A DNA stretch of 64,000 bases, taken from NCBI GenBank assembly GCA_963813025.1, contig CAWEXO010000014.1:320001-384000 (forward strand), written 5' to 3'. Numbering within the stretch: position 1 is the stretch's first letter; the number at the start of each line of letters is the position of its first letter. Origin of the DNA: an uncultured Verrucomicrobiae bacterium. Lineage in GTDB: Bacteria; Verrucomicrobiota; Verrucomicrobiia; Chthoniobacterales; JAFAMB01. This document shows positions 10,438 through 20,806 of the stretch, piece by piece. The notes beneath the pieces were generated by a model. That model was not told the DNA's origin. It saw nothing but the letters and a program-made list of their open reading frames with translations, and did not search any database. Made by a program: the position numbers and the translations under genes.

Positions 10438-11237
10438 CGCCGAACTTGTCGCGCCGTAGCGCCGCGAAGGCGCGAAGGCGCGGAGGCGGACGGCCCCGTC
10501 GGTACTCTTGGCCGGCCGTCACCGGGCGCGTTCCGCGCGATCCCTCGATTCCCGATGCGTACGAGAACTTCGTAGTCGTAGCGCCGACGGCCCCGTCGGT
10601 TACTCCAGTTGGCGTTTCCGGCCTGTCGCGCAATCCTCCATCTCGATGACCATTTCGATGACGCAGAAGGCGTGCATGTTGCGTAGCGCCGACGGCCCCG
10701 TCGGCATTTTTGCTGCCGGTGATCGAGCGACGGCCCAGTGTCAAGGCACCGCCGGAGGCTTCCGCACTGGCAGCAAAACGGTGCGACATACTTTGTGACG
10801 TTCCGATTGGCTGACTCGGTTCCACTTGGATAGTTTCGTGGTGATGCCAAACCATGTGCATGTTCTGGTCCTTCCTTGGCACCCACTACCGAAATTGGTG
10901 CAAAGGTGGAAATCTTGCTCTTGCCGGCGTATCAACGCACTTCGTCGACTTTCGGGAACTCTGTGGATGCGGGAATACTTCGATCACATCGTTCGTGATG
11001 CCGTCCGGCTGGAAAAGTTTCGCGATTACCTGCGAAGGAATCCAAGCAAAGCCGGTCTTAGTCCAGATGAATACGCGCTCTGGAGTTATGCTTAGCGCGC
11101 ACGGGCGAGAGGGCGAAGGGGTGGCCAGGACCGTAGCGCCGACGGCCTCGTCGGTATCTCGGAGGCGCGACGAGGCCCGTGCGCTTCACCCCCCCTTTCG
11201 GCCTGCACCGGAGTACCGACGGGGCCGTCGGCGCTAC
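10434..11237. repeat. Cluster of GTAG REPs (GTAGCGCCGACGGCCCCGTCGG) flanking RAYT
   Basis: Copies at 10434-10505 (interrupted), 10578-10599, 10683-10704, 11133-11156 and 11216-11237 (inverted). Confidence 0.9.
10738..11095 (+). pseudogene. REP-associated tyrosine transposase (RAYT, Y1 HUH) with internal deletion and frameshift
   Basis: RLPHWQQNGATYFVTFRLADSVP (stop at 10831) joined out of frame to VVMPNHVH...WKS...LWMREYFDHIVRD...YLRRNP.KAGL. Confidence 0.85.
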
Positions 11238-11327
11238 CTAACTAGTTCCCCAGAACTCTGCGCGTTCTTTTTGCGGCAAGAAACACTGGATTGATTGCCT
11301 TGGGCATCTCGACGTAGAAAGTAGGCA

Positions 11328-11504
11328 GCAGTGGGTCGGCAGTTAAGACCGGTGTGGCATTGGAGCTTTATGCCCGATAGCTAGTTTGGTTCCGAGCGTT
11401 TTGGTTGTTGCATTAGCGAAGCTCCAGATCGGGTTGTTTGCCGATCTGGAGCTATCCTGTTTAGGAGATTTCTCTCTATCTACCAACTCGGGCCGATGCG
11501 CTGC
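11328..11504 (+). ncRNA. Candidate IS110 guide (bridge/seek-type) RNA
   Basis: Non-coding leader of an IS110 gene; outer stem 11328-11340/11492-11504, perfect 13-bp hairpin 11420-11453, upstream TTGATT-18-TAGAAA. Confidence 0.55.
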
Positions 11505-11542
11505 AGTGTGAAAGCAAGAACAACATCTAACCGAAGAGAGGT

Positions 11543-12934
11543 ATGGCAAAGAAAACCACGACCAAGCGAAAGAACAAATCAAAAACTCACCGGAGTGTTC
11601 TGGAACGGATCAATCTCAAGGCCGCAGGAATCGATATCGGGGCGAATTTTCACCTGGTGGCCATTCCCGAAGACCGCGGCTCAGAAACGGTGCGCAAGTT
11701 TGGCCCTTTTACGAGCGATCTGCAGCGGATGGCTGACTGGCTGAGCGAACACCACATTGAGACCGTAGTGATGGAATCAACGGGGGTTTATTGGATACCG
11801 GTGTTCCAGATTCTGGAGCAGAGAGGGTTGGAGGTAAAATTGGTCAACGCAGCTCATGTCAAGAATCTGCCTGGACGCAAAAGCGACGTCTCGGACTGCC
11901 AATGGCTTCAACAACTCCACACCTTTGGTCTTTTAAACGGCTCGTTCCGACCCAAGGACGAGGTCTGCGTCTTGCGCAGCTTCCTGCGCCTGCGCGACAC
12001 CTTGGTTAAGGACTGCAGCAGCCATGTGTTACGCATGCAGAAGGCCTTAACCGAAATGAATATCCAAGTGCACCGCGTGTTGAGCGACATCACCGGTTAT
12101 AGTGGCATGGCGATGATTCGGGCGATTTTGGCCGGAGAACGCAATCCGCTCAAGCTTGCCCAGATGAAACACCCCCAAGTGAAAGCATCCACTGATCAGA
12201 TCGTCAAAGCCTTACAGGGAGATTACCGAGCCGAGCATCTCTTCGCCTTGCAAACGGCCCTGGAACTCTATGACACCTACCAGCTCAAGATCACCGCCTG
12301 CGAAAGCAAGATTGAGCAACAACTTGAGCAATTCGACACTAAACTAGATTTGGAGCAAGCCCTCGAGCAAAGCGGGGCGGCCCAAGCACGGTCGGCCCAA
12401 GTTCGCCTAGCCCTGCAGCGCCGAGCGCATCTGGCCAGCGTTTGTGGTGTCGATCTGAGTCAGTTGCCTGGCTTGAGCACCTTGGCGGTGGAAGTCATCA
12501 TTTCGGAAACGGGTTTAGACATGACCTGTTGGAAAAGCGAAAAACACTTTTGCTCCTGGCTTAAACTCTGTCCGAACAATCGCATCAGCGGCGGCAAACT
12601 GCTCAGTTCCAGCCCCAGAAAAACCAAGAATCGCGCGGCGGCCATGTTCCGGCTGGCGGCCCAAGGAGCCATGCAAAGTAAGACGGCCATCGGCGCTTTT
12701 ATCCGCCGCATCAAAGCCCGATTGGGGGCACCCACCGCCATCAACGCCGGAGCTCATAAACTGGCACGCTTGTTCTATCGCATGCTCAAGTTCGGAGCTG
12801 CCTATGTCGAGCAAGGGCAACTCTACTACGAGAAAAAATACAAAGACCGCCTACTTCACAATCTCAGCCGACGAGCCAAAGAATTCGGACTCCAACTCAC
12901 GCCTCTAGACCCAGCCACGGATTTAGTTTCTTAG
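11543..12934 (+). mobile_element. IS110 family transposase/recombinase
   Basis: DEDD domain: AAGIDIG, MESTGVYW, KSDVSD; C-terminal LPGL...FCSWLKLCPNNRISGG. Confidence 0.93.
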
Positions 12935-13038
12935 GAGCCAGGGGCTTCGGCCTTGATATCCGTTCCGGGTGCGTAAGTGGTGTCGTAGAAGGAGCTCAGA
13001 GCGGTATGTTCCTGGTTCTGACCACGCAGGAGCAAGCG

Positions 13039-14650
13039 ATGAACACCTTCTACGAACACCATAAAAGTAGCATCAAATTTGCCTACCGTTGTTTTGATCG
13101 AATTCTCTTAAACGGATTGATACAGCCTTTCCAACAACCCGAGCGAGTGATCGGTTTCTTTAATGCGTATCGCAACGCAGAGCGTGTTACTCGCAACCGT
13201 CTGCGCGATATCGCCCAGCAATTTCAAAACTGGCTCAAGAACCGTTGCGAGCAATGGGGCGTCCCTGTGCTGGATGTACCGGAGGGGAGGCGCGATGACT
13301 TTGTCGATTCCTACTTTAAGCAGGCCAAGAGCGATGAGGTGGTGGTGATGCTCAAAGCCAGGGAACCGGCCCGAATTATGATTGCGATCGGTTCAGAAGA
13401 CCGCTGGCACCTGCAGTTGGCGCAGCGCTGGATCGTGCAGTACAACTTTTACATTAACGACCAACGCTGGGGTCGGATGTTCGTGCGAATCAGTCCCTAT
13501 CTGCCCTTTTCAGCGCGTGTCTGCCTCAACCAGCACCACTGGCTGGCTAAGCGCATGCTGACCGAAGGGATCGATTTTAAGCAATGTTCCAATGCATTCC
13601 TGAAATACAGTTATCCGCAGAAGCTCCAGGAGCTGGCAGATTCCTTGACTGCCCACGATCTATTAAGTTGTGGGCAAAAATGGCTAGCCTGTCTGACTCC
13701 ATTCTTCAAAGAGAGCGAGCGCAAAGAAGCGGGCTGTCAGCACCGGCTCTTCTTCTCCCAAGTAGAATATTGTGACAACCTGATCTTTCACCGGCGAGCC
13801 GTACTGGATCAACTCGGCCAGAGACTGCTCGACGCCAATCGCACCATCGGGCAGCCCAACAAGATCGCCATGATCTTCGGTCGCAAGGTCACAAAGCAGT
13901 ACAAGGGAAAGCTTCAGACCGTTATCGAAGATCTGCAGCTACCTAACCCAGTGATCCGCAGTCATTATGGAAAGGGTTTCCTCAAGCAGTATGTCCGCGA
14001 TCACTTGTGCTTGCGCACCGAGCTAGCTACCAATGACGTCACCGACTATCGGATCAAGAAGGCCGTGGAAAACCTGCCCCAACTGCGAGATAAGCTGGCG
14101 ACCATCTGCGACAATTATCTCACGGTCCAGCAGGACATCCTGGAGACCTTCGTCGATCGAGGTCAATTGCGTAAGTTGACAGAGCCCACAGTGCTTCCCA
14201 GTGGCAAACGGATTCCGGGCTTGAAACTCGACCATCCACGACAACTGGCTCTGATGCACGCCCTGGTACGCTTCGCCCACATCGCCGCTGGAAGCACCTT
14301 TACGACCGCTGAGCTTTATCCGTTACGTTTTGGCCGCTCTGCAAATATCCTGCCGACCAGTACAGTCTGGCTTCGCTTCGGTACGATCTTTCCAAATTGA
14401 GAGCCAAAGCACTGGTCGAGAAACTCCCGAAATCACGCCGCTACCGCCTCTGGCCACAGAGGCTATTCCATTTGTCTGGTGTTTCTCAAACTCTTCGAAC
14501 GCATTTATTCACCGCTCGACTGCCGGCTTACTTCAGCCCTACCGGCCGGACTCCAAACTCCAACAGCACAAGCGAACCCAGCTCGATCGTCTTTATCAAA
14601 AGATCATAGACGATCTCGACAACCTTCTTGGTGCCCCTGGGCCTTAAGGC
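13039..14650 (+). mobile_element. Unclassified putative transposase-like protein, 3' end broken by frameshifts
   Basis: Long ORF inserted inside a REP unit next to IS110; KQY...LRTE motif; C-terminal winged-helix-like LRYDLSKLRAKALVEKLPKSRRYRL spread over shifted frames. Confidence 0.55.
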
Positions 14651-14706
14651 TGCCTGAAACAACGAGAACAAAATTTGCGTCATGCTTCGCATAACGGGCC
14701 AAAGGC

Positions 14707-14929
14707 GCACGCCTTTGCTGCGTCATTCGAAATCGATGAGTCGCGCGACGTGCCGGACGTGCTCTCCGAAATACCGACGGGGCCGTCGGCGCTACGCAAT
14801 GTGCACGCCTTTGCTGCGACATCGAGATCGAGGAATCGTGCGACGTACCAGTCGTAGTTAGCGAAGTACGGACGAGGCCGTCCGCCTTCGTGCCCTCGTG
14901 GCACTGCGGCGCGATAAGTTCCGCGCTAC
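14707..14929. repeat. REP cluster, inverted counterpart of 10434-10710
   Basis: 14769-14830 matches the reverse complement of 10640-10710; 14866-14929 matches that of 10434-10505. Confidence 0.85.
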
Positions 14930-14936
14930 GTATGCG

Positions 14937-16754
14937 TTACGCAGTTATCGCCTCTGCGCTCGGTTTAGGCTCGACCCAGCGACCGTGTTCTTTGATCAGG
15001 TCCACCAGGCGATCGACCGCTTCGGTTTCCGGGATATTGAATTTCACAGCCTTCTTCCCGACGTAGAGATTCACCTTTCCCGGGGCGCCCCCGACGTAGC
15101 CAAAATCCGCGTCTGCCATTTCGCCCGGGCCATTCACGATGCATCCCATGATGGCAATCCTTACCCCTTTGAGATGGTCGGTAGCCGCCTTAATGCGCCC
15201 AGTGGTAGTCTGCAGGTTGAAGAGGGTTCTTCCACAGGACGGGCAAGCGACGTAGTCGGTTTTGAAGATCCGGGTGCCCGCCGCTTGCAAGATGTTGTAG
15301 GCGAGCCGAAGCGATTGACCGGGCGCTTCTTCGCCTTGGATCAGAACAGCATCGCCGATACCGTCGCAGAGCAGCGCACCGATGTTGGTAGCCGACTCCA
15401 GCAGAGTCTTGAGCAAATCGCGGGAAGGGTCGGTCGAAGGCGCCAGGGTATCCTTCAAGAGGATTGGATGCCGCGACGCCAGCCGCTTGTTCAGCAATCG
15501 ATAGGCGGCAATCACGGGCAGATCCAGGCCATCAGCAACCGTTACAAGCACCGGCTCAGCTGAGTTGTTTAACCGACCAATATTCTCAGTGTCCCTCGGG
15601 TCAATCGCGACGATCGGCGACATCTCGACGACGAACTCGGGTTGAAAATCGCCGAGCCGCCCGAGTTTGTGGGCAAGCTGTTGGAAAGTCTTTTCCCGTA
15701 CCGCGACACGCACTAATTCTTCGCCACCGACGGAAATCGGGCCAAGGAAAACGGGTTCTGATCTTCGCCGTTCGTAGCTGAAAGGATCAAAGCCCGTAGC
15801 GTCTACAGAGGGGTCAGAAAACGGCTCCGAAAACCCTCGTCCGAACCGGGCGACCAGCGCTTTGGCTACCGGAATCTCGTGGATGCTATCCTCAGTTAAA
15901 GACACCCGTACGGTATCGCCGATTCCATCGGACAATAGTGAGCCTATCCCGATCGCGCTCTTGATTCGGCCGTCCTCGCCGTCGCCGGCTTCAGTCACGC
16001 CGAGATGGACCGGATAATTCCAGTCCGGACCCGCTTCCTCAAATCGCGCGACCAGCAGGCGATAAGCGGCAATCATCACTTTCGGATTGCTGGCTTTCAT
16101 CGAAAAAATCAGGTCGTTGAATCCAAGCTCGCGCGCGATCCGGGCGAACTCGAGCGCGCTCTCGACCATACCGAGAGGCGTGTCGCCGTAGCGGTTCATG
16201 ATGCGGTCGCTGAGCGAACCGTGATTGGTGCCGATCCGCAGACTGATCCTGCGGTCCTGGCAGGCCTTCACCAGAGGTGTAAATTTTTCCCGGATCCGGT
16301 CGAGCTCGGCCTGGTATTGGTCGTCGGTGTATTCTTTAACGGCGAACTTCTTCGAGTCGGCATAATTGCCAGGATTGATGCGCACTTTCTCGACCCATTT
16401 GGCGGCCTCCATCGCCGCTTCCGGTTTAAAATGGATATCGGCGACGATCGGCACATCGCAGCCTTGTTCCCGGAGGCCCTTTTTGATCCAGCGCAGATTC
16501 TGGGCGTCCTTGACCGTCGGCGCAGTGATCCGGACAATCTCACATCCGACGGCGGCAAGCTCTCGGGTCTGCGCGATGCAGGCCGCCGTGTCCATCGTGT
16601 CGCAGGTGATCATCGATTGGACCCGGATGGGATTGCGACCACCAACGCCGACCTGTCCGACCATCACTTCCCGGGTGAGCCGGCGGCCGTTGACAGCGGA
16701 TTGAGCGGGTCGCGAGGATGCGACGGCCCGAGCGGAGTCCAGCGATGAGCTCAT
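14937..16754 (-). CDS. ispG: HMBPP synthase (long form)
   Basis: PIRVQSM, ADIHF, RINPGN, RIGTNHGS, HLGVTEAG, CPSCGR, IMGCIVNGPGE. Confidence 0.96.
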   Translation of the reverse strand: MSSSLDSARAVASSRPAQSAVNGRRLTREVMVGQVGVGGRNPIRVQSMITCDTMDTAACIAQTRELAAVGCEIVRITAPTVKDAQNLRWIKKGLREQGCDVPIVADIHFKPEAAMEAAKWVEKVRINPGNYADSKKFAVKEYTDDQYQAELDRIREKFTPLVKACQDRRISLRIGTNHGSLSDRIMNRYGDTPLGMVESALEFARIARELGFNDLIFSMKASNPKVMIAAYRLLVARFEEAGPDWNYPVHLGVTEAGDGEDGRIKSAIGIGSLLSDGIGDTVRVSLTEDSIHEIPVAKALVARFGRGFSEPFSDPSVDATGFDPFSYERRRSEPVFLGPISVGGEELVRVAVREKTFQQLAHKLGRLGDFQPEFVVEMSPIVAIDPRDTENIGRLNNSAEPVLVTVADGLDLPVIAAYRLLNKRLASRHPILLKDTLAPSTDPSRDLLKTLLESATNIGALLCDGIGDAVLIQGEEAPGQSLRLAYNILQAAGTRIFKTDYVACPSCGRTLFNLQTTTGRIKAATDHLKGVRIAIMGCIVNGPGEMADADFGYVGGAPGKVNLYVGKKAVKFNIPETEAVDRLVDLIKEHGRWVEPKPSAEAITA

Positions 16755-18403
16755 GGGTGCTGCGGCGAAGCCGCCGGAGCCGGTACGCTGAACCGCGGTT
16801 TCTGGTTGGCGTTCCAGGGCAAGTCCTGCACGTCGTAGAAGGAAATGTAGAGCATGAAGCCGATCAAGAGGACCGCACAGGCGCCTTGCAACACTTCAAG
16901 AACGCGAATGTTGATCGGGCGGCGCCGGACGGCTTCCAACACGGCCAGGACAATGTGCCCTCCGTCGAGAACCGGCACCGGGAGAAGGTTGATCAGGGCC
17001 AGGTTGACGTTGAACACCACGCTAAACCAAAGAGCCAGCTGCCAGCCAAACTCGCTCTGGAAGAGCAGGTAATAGGTGCGCATGATCATCACCGGCCCAC
17101 TCATATGCTGGAGTTTGATATCCGATTGAGGCGAGAGTAACGCGCCGATCGTATTCGTCAGAGTCTGCGTAGCCGCAGAAATCTGTTCGAACGGTGAAGT
17201 ATGCACGATCGACATCCGCCCCCCGGCATCCCAGGCGATCCCGTCAGCTGGTTCAGGAGCGAACTCGACGCCAATGATCGGCTGTGTCTGGCCATCCGGT
17301 GTTGCTGGCTGAACACGCACCGTCGAAAGCTGACCGCGTCGATTGAGAGTGAGCGAGAATGGCTTGCCGGGCTGCTCCTGCACAAAGCGAATGATTTCAA
17401 CACGATCGTAAATTGGCTCGGAATTGAGCGCGACTATCTGGTCTCCCGGCTGAATGCCGGCAACCTGGGCCGGGCTGTTGGTGATCACTGAGCTGACGCT
17501 TGGATGTTCCGGGGGCAGAGAGACGGTGAGCTCCTGGCCATTGCGCATGACCGTCAAATCAAGCAAAGCACCCGGATGCTTTTGCGCCCATTCCGCGATC
17601 TGATGCGGGTGGTACAGCTTCTCGCCGTTGACGGCTAGAACTTCGTCGTTTGGTTGCAGGCCGGCTCTCGCCGCGGCCGAATCCGGAGCAACTTTGCCGA
17701 CGATCGGAGTGATCGCCGGCTGAATACCAATTTGGCGGAGCGATTTACGTTCCCAGCCATGCGTTTCTGGCCGGACGAATCCCGACGAAAGGGTCAGCAC
17801 CTGATTCCCGCGTTGCACCTTGATGGGGATGGTGTCGCCCTCGCTCCGGACAATGTACCAGGTAACACTATTAACCAAGCCAGAAAATCGGCTCACCGGG
17901 CGACCATCGACCGAGAGGATCCGGTCCCCAGGCTGAAGCCGGCCTTTGCGGCGGGACTGTCCGGCACGACATAACCAATGGTTGTCGTGGTCTTCCGCTT
18001 CCGACGTGGGTCGGCCCACCGCCCACACAATCGTCGCGAAAACCAACGCAAGCAGGAAACTGAATAACGGTCCGGCAAATGCCACGATAATCTTGTCGAA
18101 GGGCGAGACGCGCGGAAGTTCGGCCCGTTCCGTGGCGGCTTTTCCTTCGATCGCCTCCATCGGAGCCATTTGCGGCAAAAGCACAAAACCTCCAGCGGGA
18201 ATCCACCCGAGGCTGAACTCCACTCCGCCCGCCGTTCGCTTCCAGATCGGTCGTCCAAACCAGATCCCGAATTTATCAACCTTTAGACCGCGCCACCGGG
18301 CAGCGAGAAAATGCCCAAGTTCGTGGACGATAATGAGAAGATTAAAGATAAGGAGAACCTCGAGAATCACGAGGCCCACACGGAAAAGTTTGAGCACCAT
18401 CAT
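16751..18403 (-). CDS. rseP: RIP metalloprotease RseP with PDZ domains
   Basis: HELGH, AGP, SGPV, NLLPVPVLDGG; a short compensated frameshift at ~17940-17990. Confidence 0.92.
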   Translation of the reverse strand: MMVLKLFRVGLVILEVLLIFNLLIIVHELGHFLAARWRGLKVDKFGIWFGRPIWKRTAGGVEFSLGWIPAGGFVLLPQMAPMEAIEGKAATERAELPRVSPFDKIIVAFAGPLFSFLLALVFATIVWAVGRPTSEAEDHDNHWLCRAGQSRRKGRLQPGDRILSVDGRPVSRFSGLVNSVTWYIVRSEGDTIPIKVQRGNQVLTLSSGFVRPETHGWERKSLRQIGIQPAITPIVGKVAPDSAAARAGLQPNDEVLAVNGEKLYHPHQIAEWAQKHPGALLDLTVMRNGQELTVSLPPEHPSVSSVITNSPAQVAGIQPGDQIVALNSEPIYDRVEIIRFVQEQPGKPFSLTLNRRGQLSTVRVQPATPDGQTQPIIGVEFAPEPADGIAWDAGGRMSIVHTSPFEQISAATQTLTNTIGALLSPQSDIKLQHMSGPVMIMRTYYLLFQSEFGWQLALWFSVVFNVNLALINLLPVPVLDGGHIVLAVLEAVRRRPINIRVLEVLQGACAVLLIGFMLYISFYDVQDLPWNANQKPRFSVPAPAASPQHP

Positions 18404-18409
18404 AAAAAA

Positions 18410-19567
18410 TTAAACGGCTGTTAGAGCCTCGAGAGCATCCATTCTGGCTTTGGCATCCGCCCGGATTATATCATCCAACGAGGGGCTGGCAAAGTTTTCG
18501 GCCTTGCTCATGCACCGATCGACAGTGGCCCAGATTTGCGGGAAACGGATGCGCCCCTCCAGAAACGCTTCGACGGCGATCTCGTTGGAGGCATTCAATA
18601 CTGCCGGCATGATCCCTCCTTCTTCTCCAGCGCGCCGAGCCAGATCGAGGGCTGGAAAATCCTTCGTTCGCGGCTCCTCGAAATCAAGCCGGCCCACCTC
18701 GGAAAGCTTGAGCGGTTGCAGGGTGTTGGCGACGCGGTGGGGCCAGGTCACGGCATACTGGATGGGGAAACACATGTCGGAGTGACTGAGTTGCGCGAGC
18801 ATTGATCCATCGGTGAACTCGACCAGGGAATGAACGATACTCTGCGGATGAACGACCACTTTGACCTGCGCAATTGACACATCGAAAAGCCAATGCGCTT
18901 CAATCATCTCAAGCCCCTTGTTGAACAGCGTAGCCGAGTCGATCGTGATCTTCGGCCCCATTTTCCAGGTCGGATGGCGCAGGGCTTCCGCGACGGTGAT
19001 CTGGGCAAGGCGATCCGGCGGCAGCGTTCGAAAGGGGCCGCCTGACGCGGTCAAAACCAGATTCTTTATCTGACTGGCCGCCCGTCCTTCGAGGCATTGG
19101 TAAATGGCGTTATGCTCGCTGTCTACCGGCAAGACCTTCACGCCACGCGCCCTCGCCTCTTTCATGACAATCTGGCCGGCCATGACCAGAATTTCCTTGC
19201 TGGCGATCGCCAGATCCTTGCCCGCGCCGATGGCGGCCAGCGTCGGCCTCAAACCCGCTGTCCCAATAATCGCGACCAGAACCATCTCGGACTCGGTGCG
19301 AGTCGCCAACTCGACCAACCCGCCAGCCCCGAGCAGGATATCCGGTTTGTAGTCGAGCTTCTCACGGAGTTCGGAAACTCCGGCCGGATCATCGAGGCAT
19401 ATCGCGGCTGGTCGAAGCCGATTGGCCGCCGCCGCGAGTTTCCCGGCATTGCGCGAGGCAGCCATACCGACGATCTGCAGGCATTCGGGTAGAGATTCGG
19501 CAACTTTGATGGCACTATCGCCAATCGAACCGGTTGCCCCCAGAAGTGTGACTCGTCTCCTGGTCAT
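18410..19567 (-). CDS. dxr: 1-deoxy-D-xylulose-5-phosphate reductoisomerase
   Basis: LGATGSIG, LPVDSEHNAI, TASGGPF, HPTWKMGPKITIDSA. Confidence 0.97.
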   Translation of the reverse strand: MTRRRVTLLGATGSIGDSAIKVAESLPECLQIVGMAASRNAGKLAAAANRLRPAAICLDDPAGVSELREKLDYKPDILLGAGGLVELATRTESEMVLVAIIGTAGLRPTLAAIGAGKDLAIASKEILVMAGQIVMKEARARGVKVLPVDSEHNAIYQCLEGRAASQIKNLVLTASGGPFRTLPPDRLAQITVAEALRHPTWKMGPKITIDSATLFNKGLEMIEAHWLFDVSIAQVKVVVHPQSIVHSLVEFTDGSMLAQLSHSDMCFPIQYAVTWPHRVANTLQPLKLSEVGRLDFEEPRTKDFPALDLARRAGEEGGIMPAVLNASNEIAVEAFLEGRIRFPQIWATVDRCMSKAENFASPSLDDIIRADAKARMDALEALTAV

Positions 19568-20454
19568 CGAATCAGAAATCTCAAGTAAAAGAAGAGCAAT
19601 GGCCCGGTGAAGAGCAGGCTGTCGATCAGATCAAGCATTCCGCCGATCCCGGGCAATACTGATCCGGAGTCTTTTACTCCCGTGCTTCGCTTGATGATGG
19701 ACTCGCCCAGATCGCCGATCACCGCTGCTACACCAATGAGTATGCCGAGGATCGTGCCATGGAAGAGATTCAGCCTGGCCAGATGATCTGGCATCAGCCG
19801 GATCAGCGCGTCGCTTGCTAAAACGGCGAAAACCAGTGACCCGACAAAGCCCTCCCACGTCTTCGCGGGACTGATGTGCGGAATCATCTGGTGGCGCCCC
19901 AGCCGGCTGCCGACGAGATAGGCGCCCATGTCGGAAAACTTAGTCACAACTACCAGGTAAAGCACGTAAAACTGGCCGGTGGGCAAGCCTGCGGGAGAGC
20001 GCGGCACAGCGTACACGATCTTTGTCAGGAAATTGAAAAGCCACACAACGTAAAGAAGGCCGAAGAGCGTATAGGCCATCGTCTCGAGTGGGGCCTGTTT
20101 CGTGGTCGGCCGGAACATCTGCCGGGCGATCACTCCGAAGAGGAACACGAGCAAAACGCCCATCTCGAAATCGTAGGCGGAAACCGGTCCCTTAGAACGA
20201 AAGAAGAGAAAGCTGCCCACAAAGCAGGCGGCGCCGCAAATCATGCCGAAAGCTTTGAAGCAGCGCAGACCCGACTGCTCGATCATGCCGAAGTACTCCG
20301 CGAGACCGATCAGCCCCATCGAAGATATCAATAGAAGAAAGGCGATTTCGTTGTCCGAGAAAATGACAAACAGCGCGACAAGCCACAGCGTCACCGCACT
20401 GAATAAGCGTCTCACAAAGCGACCGATGTAGGCCGAATCGATGTCGTTGAGCAT
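19564..20454 (-). CDS. cdsA: Phosphatidate cytidylyltransferase
   Basis: SDMGAY, ISPAKTWEG, GDLGESIIKR, KDSG..PG.GG.LD..DS; start approximate. Confidence 0.93.
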   Translation of the reverse strand: MLNDIDSAYIGRFVRRLFSAVTLWLVALFVIFSDNEIAFLLLISSMGLIGLAEYFGMIEQSGLRCFKAFGMICGAACFVGSFLFFRSKGPVSAYDFEMGVLLVFLFGVIARQMFRPTTKQAPLETMAYTLFGLLYVVWLFNFLTKIVYAVPRSPAGLPTGQFYVLYLVVVTKFSDMGAYLVGSRLGRHQMIPHISPAKTWEGFVGSLVFAVLASDALIRLMPDHLARLNLFHGTILGILIGVAAVIGDLGESIIKRSTGVKDSGSVLPGIGGMLDLIDSLLFTGPLLFFYLRFLIR

Positions 20455-20475
20455 TTGAGACCAGGCAAGCGGCAC

Positions 20476-20806
20476 TAGTGCGCCGTCTCATATATAACGA
20501 TGATGTCGCCGTCGGTCAGTTGGCTGTTTTTCAAGGCGGTCCGAGCCGGACTGGCAGTAGAAGCGTCCATATCTGGATTCATACGGATCGAGGTCCGAGC
20601 CGGACTGGCGGAAGCAACGCCGAAAAACAGCCAACTGGCCGCGGCCCGAAGGGTTGCGTTGAAAATGGGCCGGCGGCGGCGTTGCTCCTCGGTCACGTAT
20701 CGCTTCAGATATGCTCCCTCCTACTTGCCAGTCCGGCTCGGACCGCCTTGCCGACGGCCCATTTTGAACGCAACGACATCATCGGTATATATGAGACGGT
20801 GCACTA
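20476..20806. mobile_element. MITE with TA ends (IS630/Tc1-like), long copy
   Basis: About 33-bp terminal inverted repeats TAGTGCGCCGTCTCATATATA...TATATATGAGACGGTGCACTA; no coding capacity. Confidence 0.85.

Noticed and set aside
10434..11237. CRISPR-like array of 22-bp palindromes
   Set aside because: Spacing is irregular, orientation is mixed, and GTAG ends next to a RAYT identify them as REPs.
11242..12940. Subterminal inverted repeats for the first IS110 (ttccccagaac / gtttcttaggag)
   Set aside because: Only about 7 of 11 positions match, too weak to define the ends.
20454..20804. uppS missing upstream of cdsA as evidence of loss
   Set aside because: No remnant is visible and the gene may simply be elsewhere in the genome.
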